Shown here piece by piece: positions 37,741-45,275 of a DNA stretch of 45,275 nucleotides. Location of the stretch: contig JBARDK010000076.1 in assembly GCA_049795075.1 (NCBI GenBank), forward strand, positions 1-45,275. The letters run 5' to 3'. The notes under the pieces were generated by a model that made no database searches, was not told the origin of the DNA, and worked only from the letters and a program-made list of their open reading frames with translations. The translations under genes were made by a program, and so were the position numbers. How positions within the stretch are numbered: position 1 is the first letter of the stretch; each line of letters begins with the position of its first letter. The DNA is from Nitrosotalea sp. (GTDB lineage Archaea > Thermoproteota > Nitrososphaeria > Nitrososphaerales > Nitrosopumilaceae).

Positions 37741-38255
37741 CCAAGTGTCACGTCAAAGTCTTTATCGATCTCGGTAAGGGTTGATTCTATTGTAACTTGG
37801 CCTTTTACCTCATACTTGACTGAACTTCCGTTTACTATTGAACTATAGATATCAGCTGTATTGGGTGAATTGACAAGCTGGAAATTGTCTATAACTGTCA
37901 TGTTGCTCTCTGGGAACAATTCAGGCCTTCCAGCCATTGGGATGTCCTCCACATCATAGTGACCTTGACCAACATCTTGGCCGTTTGCATACACATCATA
38001 ATTAATTGTTGAAATGGTAGAAGTAATTGTTGTTGGATTATAGAGAACATAATCAATTTCAAGATTTGCACGGTTGTTGATTTTATCTACGGTAAGCACT
38101 TTGATAGTTTGAACACTGACTGTTATCTGTTGTAGTTGTGGTTGATATGAATCTGCATATAGATAGAAGAAAAGCATGAGGCCGCCTAAACCTGCGAAAG
38201 CTGCAACCAGTACTATCTTTCCTTTGCTAACCATTCTAAAAGCTACGGGGTTCAT
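37737..38255 (-). CDS. LEA type-2-like membrane-anchored protein
   Basis: N-terminal TM; LYNPT...INYDVYANG. Confidence 0.65.
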   Translation of the reverse strand: MNPVAFRMVSKGKIVLVAAFAGLGGLMLFFYLYADSYQPQLQQITVSVQTIKVLTVDKINNRANLEIDYVLYNPTTITSTISTINYDVYANGQDVGQGHYDVEDIPMAGRPELFPESNMTVIDNFQLVNSPNTADIYSSIVNGSSVKYEVKGQVTIESTLTEIDKDFDVTLG

Positions 38256-38333
38256 TGAATTAAAAAACCTTCTTAGATGAATTATTGCTTAATCATGATA
38301 ATAGATATTATGAGTTAGCTGTGGTATAGAGAC

Positions 38334-38828
38334 ATGCCAATTTCTGATGCGTTAATTATGTGGGCGCATCTTGTTGCTGCGTCAATATGGGTTGGGGGTT
38401 CTATATTCATAGGAATAGTTCTTGCTCCACTTCTCAAGACAATATCAGACACTGTGGAGGGAAGATTGTCAATTATGATTCGCGTGGGCAGGAAATTCAA
38501 CAAAATCGCCATTCCTTCTTTGATAATACTCATTGTAACTGGAGTCTATAATTCCAGCAACTTACTGGTCAAGCCATCGCTAATACTTTCAACAACATAT
38601 GGCCAGATTCTTGTGATAAAAGTTATTCTTGTCATAATTTTACTGATAACATTTGCAATACATGTAAGACTGATTAGAGTTGGAATAGAAAAAAAGATCG
38701 AATCAAGACAATTTTCTGAGGAACTTGTTCAGAAACTCCGCTCAAAAATCATTGCCTTAGGAAGGATTACTGTTATAGTGTCTATTGCCATACTTCTCAT
38801 GGCTGCACTATTGCATTCCGGAGTCTGA
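38334..38828 (+). CDS. CopD-family membrane protein
   Basis: WAHLVAASIWVGG, IVTGVYN, YGQILVIK, FAIH. Confidence 0.8.
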   Translation: MPISDALIMWAHLVAASIWVGGSIFIGIVLAPLLKTISDTVEGRLSIMIRVGRKFNKIAIPSLIILIVTGVYNSSNLLVKPSLILSTTYGQILVIKVILVIILLITFAIHVRLIRVGIEKKIESRQFSEELVQKLRSKIIALGRITVIVSIAILLMAALLHSGV

Positions 38829-39839
38829 GCTCCCAATTATTCGTACTTCAAACCCGGCATCAAGCTTTCCTATTCCATATTTGCAGTTTGTTATCTTTGA
38901 TGCAACAAAGAGGTTTGTCTCTAAATGTTTTGTAATTTGGTTTACTCTAAAGACCGAGGTCTTGGGAATCAATGAGAGTGGAACAACTAGCATGTCTGAC
39001 AGGGAAAGGTCCACTCCTAGGCTTGATTCTATGAATTTGCTTGCAACTGCTTTTCCTATTCCTGTTATATTTTTTTGATAAATTATGTCAGATCCAATTA
39101 CTGAGGTATCATCGTGTGAAAATACCACAATTGAACACCCACTGTCTAGGGCATTTTCTTCTTTGATAAAATGATCAACCTTGAAACCATTCTCTTCAAG
39201 AACTTTTCTGGTGCCATCTGCCTCTTGTTGTACGATATCCTTTGGTATGCCGTGATAAGAACAGAATATCTTTGCATATTTTGTTGTGCACCCAAGAAGT
39301 GATACAGCCTTGGCGTTTTTACAAGGGAAAATTTCTGTCTCTATCAATCCTCCGCCCTTTGGATAGTATCCTCGGTTTTTGATATCAAGTGAAAAATCAA
39401 TCCCAATCCTAGAAAATGCCTCACCTAGCACGAGTTTTGTATAATCTGCAGTAGGACTCCACGGCACATCGGTACCGCCTGTTATGGAGATTTTCAATCT
39501 CTTTTTGAGAAGCGAAACGGCAGGAATCAGAACCTGTAAAATTAAGGGAACACTTCCAGCAGTACCGACATCCTCTCTGAGCTCCATGTCAATCCCGTCT
39601 GATGGAGAAAACCTTAGGCTGGTAGAACCAACATGCAGACCCTCTACTTTTGCTTGACAAATTTTTGATAGAATTTTTACTCCTAGCAGGTGTTGGGGTC
39701 TTAAACCCGGGACTTTTCTATTACTGCGAATATTTTCTATTTCAACAGGCTTGCCAGTTATTGCAGACAGCGTTACCGCACTTCGAATTATTTGCCCGCC
39801 TCCTTCTCCAAAAGAGCCGTCTATTCTTACTGGTTCCAT
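38808..39839 (-). CDS. rtcA: RNA 3'-terminal phosphate cyclase
   Basis: IDGSFGEGGGQIIR, GLRPQH, GGTDVPWSP, RGYYPKGGG, HLETN. Confidence 0.93.
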   Translation of the reverse strand: MEPVRIDGSFGEGGGQIIRSAVTLSAITGKPVEIENIRSNRKVPGLRPQHLLGVKILSKICQAKVEGLHVGSTSLRFSPSDGIDMELREDVGTAGSVPLILQVLIPAVSLLKKRLKISITGGTDVPWSPTADYTKLVLGEAFSRIGIDFSLDIKNRGYYPKGGGLIETEIFPCKNAKAVSLLGCTTKYAKIFCSYHGIPKDIVQQEADGTRKVLEENGFKVDHFIKEENALDSGCSIVVFSHDDTSVIGSDIIYQKNITGIGKAVASKFIESSLGVDLSLSDMLVVPLSLIPKTSVFRVNQITKHLETNLFVASKITNCKYGIGKLDAGFEVRIIGSSDSGMQ

Positions 39840-39944
39840 GTAGAGTTTGGTGGAATCTGCGAATTTAATTAATGGTTCTGTCTGTTCTGCAATTGATCCT
39901 ATTCATGAGCGTCTCTTTGTGAGACAAACTTGATGGATTTTAGA

Positions 39945-40156
39945 TTAGATGTGAAAATAGGTTTCACGTCTAACATCATGTCCTCCCAACATGAATACCC
40001 GCTCCATTCTTACCCACTTGCCATTCTCATCGGTAGGGATGCCATCTTTATCCCAATAGTAAAATTTCTCTTGATCATAGTCTTCATTACATACAGGAAG
40101 AGCTGGAGGTCCTCGTCTTCTTCTTCATCAACTTCTTTCTTTTCCTCTTCACTCAA
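39945..40156 (-). pseudogene. Possible small acidic protein with a one-base frameshift
   Basis: TTG 40156 MSEEEKKEVDEEEDEDL joins PALPVCNEDYDQEKFYYWDKDGIP...ETYFHI* if one base is added near 40107. Confidence 0.35.
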
Positions 40157-40166
40157 AGCTGATCTT

Positions 40167-40550
40167 CTACCTCGGTAGGTTAAATTTTATTATGATATGA
40201 GAAATTTTCGTGGCAAGCGATATGGGACTGATGTTTTTCGTTGCTGTAACAATGACAAGATTTTCACTGAGAGGAAAGCTGAACATAACAAAATTACTTT
40301 TTGAAAAATGATATTGTATGGGACCATAAAGGTCGTCTAATTCTTCACCTAATGATATATCAAAAAGACACCGACCTAAATTTCTCTCGCTTCTTTCTTC
40401 CTTGCTCATCTTGATGATTCTGTCAGAGCCTAGTTTTTCAAGTGTTGAACCCTGCTTGCTGACTATTTCCACTGACTGGATGTTGTTGTTGGAATTAATT
40501 ATTGATCTGCATAGCCTGCCTAGACTAAATGATTTTGTCGCAGAATACAT
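40167..40550 (-). CDS. Roadblock/profilin-like hypothetical protein
   Basis: LDDLYGPIQY...MFSFPL...VIVT pattern recalled from small thaumarchaeal proteins. Confidence 0.55.
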   Translation of the reverse strand: MYSATKSFSLGRLCRSIINSNNNIQSVEIVSKQGSTLEKLGSDRIIKMSKEERSERNLGRCLFDISLGEELDDLYGPIQYHFSKSNFVMFSFPLSENLVIVTATKNISPISLATKISHIIIKFNLPR

Positions 40551-40636
40551 GCCATTCTATTATTCCACTCTTTAAAAAGAATGATCGTCTCAAGTCATGG
40601 TATAATGTAACTTGGTTAACTTTTTTGGGTTTTGTT

Positions 40637-41017
40637 TTATCTGGATTTAGACCATTTTTTCATCCATTGTAAAAGGCTTATCATGGATTCTACAAGTTCT
40701 TGTCCTTTGCTAGTCAGTCTGTATTCTACTCTGGGTGGGATCTCATTGTACGATAATCTTTGCAATACTCCGCTTTTCTCCAATTCCTTTAGTCTTGTGG
40801 CCAAAGTCCTGCTGCTCATTCCTTTCAAGGTATCTTTGAATTGTTTATGTCTCACGGGTTTTGTGGTACAACACAAAGGAATTAGAATCTCAAGGGTACC
40901 TCTTTTGGTAATTATCTTTCTTAGCTTGGCTGTCTCTGACATGAGAGACGAGGCATCATATCCTTCAAAACCGCACCCGTCTTGAATAATAGGAATTAGT
41001 TTTCTTTTAGTTTCCAT
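40637..41017 (-). CDS. HxlR-family winged-helix regulator
   Basis: SSRTLATRLKELEKSG...YNEIPPRVEYRLTSKG. Confidence 0.92.
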   Translation of the reverse strand: METKRKLIPIIQDGCGFEGYDASSLMSETAKLRKIITKRGTLEILIPLCCTTKPVRHKQFKDTLKGMSSRTLATRLKELEKSGVLQRLSYNEIPPRVEYRLTSKGQELVESMISLLQWMKKWSKSR

Positions 41018-41058
41018 CTTTACACCAACTGTAATTGTTTCCCCCTGACAACTTAAAT

Positions 41059-41075
41059 GGTTTACTTTGTAAACC
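41059..41075. promoter_or_regulatory. Inverted repeat GGTTTAC-TTT-GTAAACC, candidate HxlR operator
   Basis: Perfect 7-bp arms in the divergent hxlR/arsC intergenic region. Confidence 0.6.
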
Positions 41076-41148
41076 TAGACACGAGTGAAATGATTAAAGA
41101 AAAAGTAAATGACAGAAAAATTTCCACTCTTATTATCAAGGCAATAAA

Positions 41149-41586
41149 GTGATTGGCATGAAATTCTTTGGAAAACAAAAAGATGAGAAAAAGGTATTGT
41201 TTGTTTGCATAGAAAATGCTGGAAGAAGCCAGATGGCTGAAGGGTTCTTTAGAAAACATGCTCCAAAGGGGTGGGTCCCAGTTAGTGCAGGAACAAGACC
41301 AATACCAGAGATAAATCCACTTGCAGTGCAAACCATGAAAGAAGTAGGAATAGACATTACTAGACAGAAACCAAAGGAATTATCTGAGGAATTAATCCGT
41401 GCATCTTCTCTTAAGATAAGTATGGGCTGTATGGACCAGACAGAATGTCCCGCCATCTTTCTAGGTAACTCACAAGATTGGGGCATTGAAGATCCTAAGG
41501 GTAAACCACTAGAGAAAGTACGTGAAATCAGAGACAAAATAGAGGCAAAGGTAAAGGAACTTGTCACGAACCTTGAATCTAACTAA
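41149..41586 (+). CDS. arsC: Arsenate reductase, LMW-PTP (thioredoxin-type) family
   Basis: LFVCIENAGRSQMAE, SAGT.P, MGC....CP, W.IEDP. Confidence 0.9.
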   Translation: MIGMKFFGKQKDEKKVLFVCIENAGRSQMAEGFFRKHAPKGWVPVSAGTRPIPEINPLAVQTMKEVGIDITRQKPKELSEELIRASSLKISMGCMDQTECPAIFLGNSQDWGIEDPKGKPLEKVREIRDKIEAKVKELVTNLESN

Positions 41587-42247
41587 CAAATTAACCCTTA
41601 ACCAAAAGAGGTTTTTTGCTGAACTCATTGGTACATTTGTACTAGTTGTATTTGCAACAGGCTCGGTAGTTCTTGACGCAAAATATGTAGGGAAATTTGG
41701 CTTGTGGTTTGTAGCTCTAGCACCTGCTGTTGCAGTAGCACTCATGGTCTATGTGTTTGGAAAAATATCGATGGCTCACCTTAATCCTGCCGTCACTATC
41801 GGATTTTTAATTACAAAACACATGCCAAAAAATCTCTTACCTCTGTATTTTGCGGCAGAAATAACGGGTGGCCTGTTAGCAAGTATCTTTGTAAAGTATG
41901 TAATAGGTACAGAAGCAAACCTTGGCGCAAACGCACCAAATTATCATTTTCCAATTCCACTCATAGTTGGTATTGAAATCCTGGCTACCGTACTATTGAT
42001 GATAGTGATTCTGGCATCTGTTCATACAAAGGGATTGAAAGGCTTTGGAGGAATTGCGGTAGGGTCAATGGTAGGACTGGATATCTTCTTTTTGTCATTT
42101 GTCTCAGGTGCCTCAATGAATCCAGCTAGATCTTTAGCACCGGCCTTGGTGTCTGGCTATCTCAATGATCTATGGTTATACTTGACTGCAACTTTCATAG
42201 GCACTGGCATAGTAGCCAGCATTTACAGAAGAAGATTTGTAAAATAG
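41561..42247 (+). CDS. MIP-family channel (aquaporin/aquaglyceroporin)
   Basis: AELIGTF, AHLNPAVT, GASMNPARS; overlaps the arsC 3' end. Confidence 0.93.
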   Translation: MSRTLNLTNKLTLNQKRFFAELIGTFVLVVFATGSVVLDAKYVGKFGLWFVALAPAVAVALMVYVFGKISMAHLNPAVTIGFLITKHMPKNLLPLYFAAEITGGLLASIFVKYVIGTEANLGANAPNYHFPIPLIVGIEILATVLLMIVILASVHTKGLKGFGGIAVGSMVGLDIFFLSFVSGASMNPARSLAPALVSGYLNDLWLYLTATFIGTGIVASIYRRRFVK

Positions 42248-42577
42248 CAGTCAAAAAATCAGAATTCTATTTTATAGAATTTGACAATTAGTGGGGAGTA
42301 GGTCTACCCGATCATAAAATGGAAAGTGATCACAGTAGACCATACAACTATCTCATGTCATAATTATCTAAGGGTATGCTATGGTTTTTTGTATACTTCA
42401 TAGAACTATGTAATCCTCATAGATGGATGCATTCTATACGGTGAATCCTTTAGATCGTACAAAAACAATTCTTGATTGCGTTCCATCGTTGATTCATAAA
42501 TGACATCTCCATTCATAAATCTTGAATCCATATTTTATGGATCCTATGTAAACTATGTATCCTGGGATGTTAGTGTA

Positions 42578-43306
42578 CTAATAACGCATTACCTTGTCAA
42601 GAAACTGGTCTATTCTATGTTGCAGATCTGTATTAATTTCTGCTACGGTTCTGTTACCGTTGATAGGTATGAGGCCATATTTCTTCTGCATTAAATGAAA
42701 TTGTTGTGAAATCTTATTTTGATAAATAAGAAACGATTCGTACATGTCATTTGAGAATCCTATATCTGCTCCAGACTCATAATGATCTAGGGACAAATTC
42801 TTTTGAAATACTCGGTGTATCAGAACAGAGGGTTCCACATCGATATAAAACACCAGATCAGGTTTTATAGCAAAACCATAGAGATTGTGGCACCATCTCT
42901 TATCTAATCCTCGTACCACGTTTCGTGCTATCAACGTGTAGATGTATCTATCAGCAAGTACAATGTAGCCAGCTTGCAACGCAGGTATTATCTTGTATTC
43001 AAATTGGTCTGCAAAATCTGCAGCGTAGAATAAAGCTAGGGTCTTTCTACCAAGGTCATAGTTTTGCTTTGCCTCCAAAATCCCTTGGCTTACAAGCTCT
43101 GATCTTTTCAGTCCCGTGTTCAAAACGGCATGTCCATCAGCTTCTAATCTTGCTGTAATTTTCTCAATCTGGGTGCTTCTGCCAGAAGCATCTGGCCCTT
43201 CAATAACAATCAATCTGCCTTTGATTTCTACATCTTGGAGATGGTTTATCCCATGTCCATAAAATTCAACGGCTCTACCGCCTAACTCCTTTTGCTTGTG
43301 TTTCAT
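42578..43306 (-). CDS. Thymidylate-kinase-like protein with altered P-loop (putative regulatory PPK3 subunit)
   Basis: IEGPDASGRST (Arg at the Walker A Lys), LADRY, KPDLVFY. Confidence 0.8.
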   Translation of the reverse strand: MKHKQKELGGRAVEFYGHGINHLQDVEIKGRLIVIEGPDASGRSTQIEKITARLEADGHAVLNTGLKRSELVSQGILEAKQNYDLGRKTLALFYAADFADQFEYKIIPALQAGYIVLADRYIYTLIARNVVRGLDKRWCHNLYGFAIKPDLVFYIDVEPSVLIHRVFQKNLSLDHYESGADIGFSNDMYESFLIYQNKISQQFHLMQKKYGLIPINGNRTVAEINTDLQHRIDQFLDKVMRY

Positions 43307-44019
43307 GCTCGCACTCTCCTTATTTTTCTGCTTGATGCCTGATGTGGAAGCAGTGGCATGATTAATTTTCTTACAATTTTTTGCTGCTCTTCAATGTTTA
43401 ACGTGCCATCTATGATGGTAAAGCCCTCTGGCTCTGCCATGGAATCATACTGATCAATGATTCTTCCCTGGAAAATTCTATAGCTTTCATAGGGGTCATT
43501 ACTCAAATTCAAATCCATTCCTGCTTCATAGTACTTTAACTTGGGGCGGCCTACCAGTATTCTATCAACTGCTATGTCAACTGGAACTTTAAAGTAGAAA
43601 GCCAAATCAGGCTTGATAGCAAAATCATAAACCTTTCTGACCCAATCTGGATTGCAACCTCTTACAATATCTCTTACAAATGCAGTGTAGACATACCTGT
43701 CTGCCAGTACAAAGTATCCTGCACGAAGCAGAGGTAGAATATTTCTCTCATATCTGTCTGCAAAATCTGTCGCATGTAAAAGACTAAAAGTGGTAGGTGT
43801 GAGTAGTCCCTTTTTCTTTCCTTTTGAAGTTATTTCTTTTACCATCTCTGAAGAGTTCCACTCTGACTTGAAAACATTGATTCCTTTGTAACCGAGCCAT
43901 TTTTCTAAAAGGTGGATCTGGGTTGACTTGCCTGAGCCATCTATTCCCTCTACAACAATAAGCTTACCTTCCAATTTTAATGGCTTTGCTGTTTTCAAGG
44001 CGATCTGATAATCCCCCAT
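43303..44019 (-). CDS. Thymidylate-kinase-like protein with intact P-loop (putative catalytic PPK3 subunit)
   Basis: VEGIDGSGKST, LADRY, KPDLAFY; ATGA overlap with downstream paralog. Confidence 0.85.
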   Translation of the reverse strand: MGDYQIALKTAKPLKLEGKLIVVEGIDGSGKSTQIHLLEKWLGYKGINVFKSEWNSSEMVKEITSKGKKKGLLTPTTFSLLHATDFADRYERNILPLLRAGYFVLADRYVYTAFVRDIVRGCNPDWVRKVYDFAIKPDLAFYFKVPVDIAVDRILVGRPKLKYYEAGMDLNLSNDPYESYRIFQGRIIDQYDSMAEPEGFTIIDGTLNIEEQQKIVRKLIMPLLPHQASSRKIRRVRA

Positions 44020-44263
44020 CCATTTTTAGGTCTTTCATTATTTACACACATTTGTGTGCAACGCTCAAATTTCTTAACAACGTAGATCATGTTTGTAATT
44101 CCAATTATGACTCTGATCTATATAGTCATCATATGCATATGAAAGATAAGAAATCACGGTCACATATTAGATATCGAGCTAAATTTTATCTGTACATATG
44201 AATAATATGACTTTGAGATCTTCCAAAAGTTCCAGGTACAAATGAAGAAGATGATAGTATAGT

Positions 44264-44761
44264 ATGGATTTGTTTATCTTAAGACATGGGGAGGCAGGCA
44301 GAAGCTCTGCTACTGTGAGGGATGACTCTAAAAGATCTCTAACAGTTCAAGGAGAGAAGGAAATCAAAGATATCGCAAAAGGAATCAAAGGACTGGGAAT
44401 TGAATTTGATTACATCTTCACTAGCCCGCTACTGCGAGCAAAACAAACGGCCGAACTAGTCTCAAAAATTGCTGTGCCTAAGAATCAAATTAAAGAGCTA
44501 GATGAACTAAAACCTGAAGGAAATAAACTACAACTCTACAATAAACTTTCTAATTTAAAACAGGACTCCTCAGTGCTCCTTGTAGGACATGAACCATATC
44601 TGAGTGAACTGATAGGAGAGGCAATCTCTTCGGGAGAATGCAGAATTGATTTGAAAAAGGCAGGCTTTGCCCGTATCAGAGTAATAAACAGTCTTCCAAA
44701 ACTAAAGGGAGAATTGAGGTGGCTATTTGCTCCAAAACATTTGAGGAGAATGGGTCCGTGA
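44264..44761 (+). CDS. sixA: Phosphohistidine phosphatase SixA
   Basis: LRHGEA, RSLT..G, SPLLRAKQTA, LVGHEP. Confidence 0.9.
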   Translation: MDLFILRHGEAGRSSATVRDDSKRSLTVQGEKEIKDIAKGIKGLGIEFDYIFTSPLLRAKQTAELVSKIAVPKNQIKELDELKPEGNKLQLYNKLSNLKQDSSVLLVGHEPYLSELIGEAISSGECRIDLKKAGFARIRVINSLPKLKGELRWLFAPKHLRRMGP

Positions 44762-44853
44762 TCTACATACCGTATTCTTTTCATTTAGTAAAAAAATATC
44801 AATCTTATCTAGATTAATAGTGATATGATTATATCGAAACGAGGTAATACTGG

Positions 44854-45275
44854 CTGAAAATATCAGTGATTGATTTAGGATACAATTCTGCCAAGCTAGT
44901 TACGTATAATGTAAAAGATGATGACTTGTTTGACGTTTCTCAACAAGAAGGAATCAAAGTTAAGCTTGGTGAAGGGTTAGACGAAAAAGGCAAACTGGGC
45001 AAAAAGCCAATGTTTCGTACAATTGAAACTCTGAGGCTATTTAGAGATATAATCCAGTTACAGCCAATAAAATCTGTTTTACCATTAGCCACAAGTGCAG
45101 TAAGAGAAGCAAGCAATAAGGATGAATTTCTTGATGAAGTTTACAGCGAAACAGGATTTAGATTCAAAGTACTTTCTGAAAAAGAAGAAGCGCTGTACTC
45201 CTATGTAGGAGCCATTAAATCTCTTCAAATTCCAAACGTACTATTCTTCGATATGGGAGGGGGCAGCCTAGAGAT
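44854..45275 (+). CDS. ppx: Ppx/GppA-family exopolyphosphatase (5' part; runs off window end)
   Basis: Manual translation: KISVIDLGYNSAKL...VKLGEG...LATSAVREASN...LSEKEEALYSYVG...FDMGGGSLE. Confidence 0.93.
   Translation, partial: MKISVIDLGYNSAKLVTYNVKDDDLFDVSQQEGIKVKLGEGLDEKGKLGKKPMFRTIETLRLFRDIIQLQPIKSVLPLATSAVREASNKDEFLDEVYSETGFRFKVLSEKEEALYSYVGAIKSLQIPNVLFFDMGGGSLE

Noticed and set aside
40563..41130. TTCCACTCT (ORB core complement) at ~40563 and ~41122
   Set aside because: Short match without the CACGCCT arm or G-string, far from cdc6; consistent with chance
42406..42531. 41-aa minus-strand ORF MDSRFMNGDVIYEST...
   Set aside because: No recognisable motif or other support; may be chance

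Overview
AT-rich archaeal chromosomal segment whose gene content and order point to an ammonia-oxidising archaeon (Nitrososphaerota; Nitrosopumilaceae/Nitrosotalea-like, inferred from gene content). The first ~7 kb is the probable replication origin locus: polC (DP2, truncated by the window), GGGP synthase, four small uncharacterised putative DNA-binding genes (one membrane-anchored), an ORB-containing oriC, cdc6/orc1 and DP1. The middle is mostly core genes (hsp20-cdc48, amrS, rpo11-tfs-pcn, aspartate kinase, tyrS, cbiE/cbiH/bluB, PPIases, rtcA), secreted proteins and two tRNAs (Arg-CCT with a D-loop intron; Val-GAC). The last ~5 kb is accessory: HxlR regulator/arsC/MIP channel, then a divergent polyphosphate locus (tandem thymidylate-kinase-like pair resembling heteromeric PPK3, sixA, ppx). 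Highlights: two non-ORB motif arrays beside the origin-linked regulator genes, the PPK3-like locus, a triple cupredoxin lacking its type-1 Cu ligands, an uncalled Cys/His-rich micro-protein, two genes apparently needing non-canonical start codons, two apparent single-base frameshifts and a 62-bp exact intragenic duplication in cdc48. No CRISPR array, rRNA, transposase or integrase was seen. All calls are from manual motif recognition; no database searches were run.
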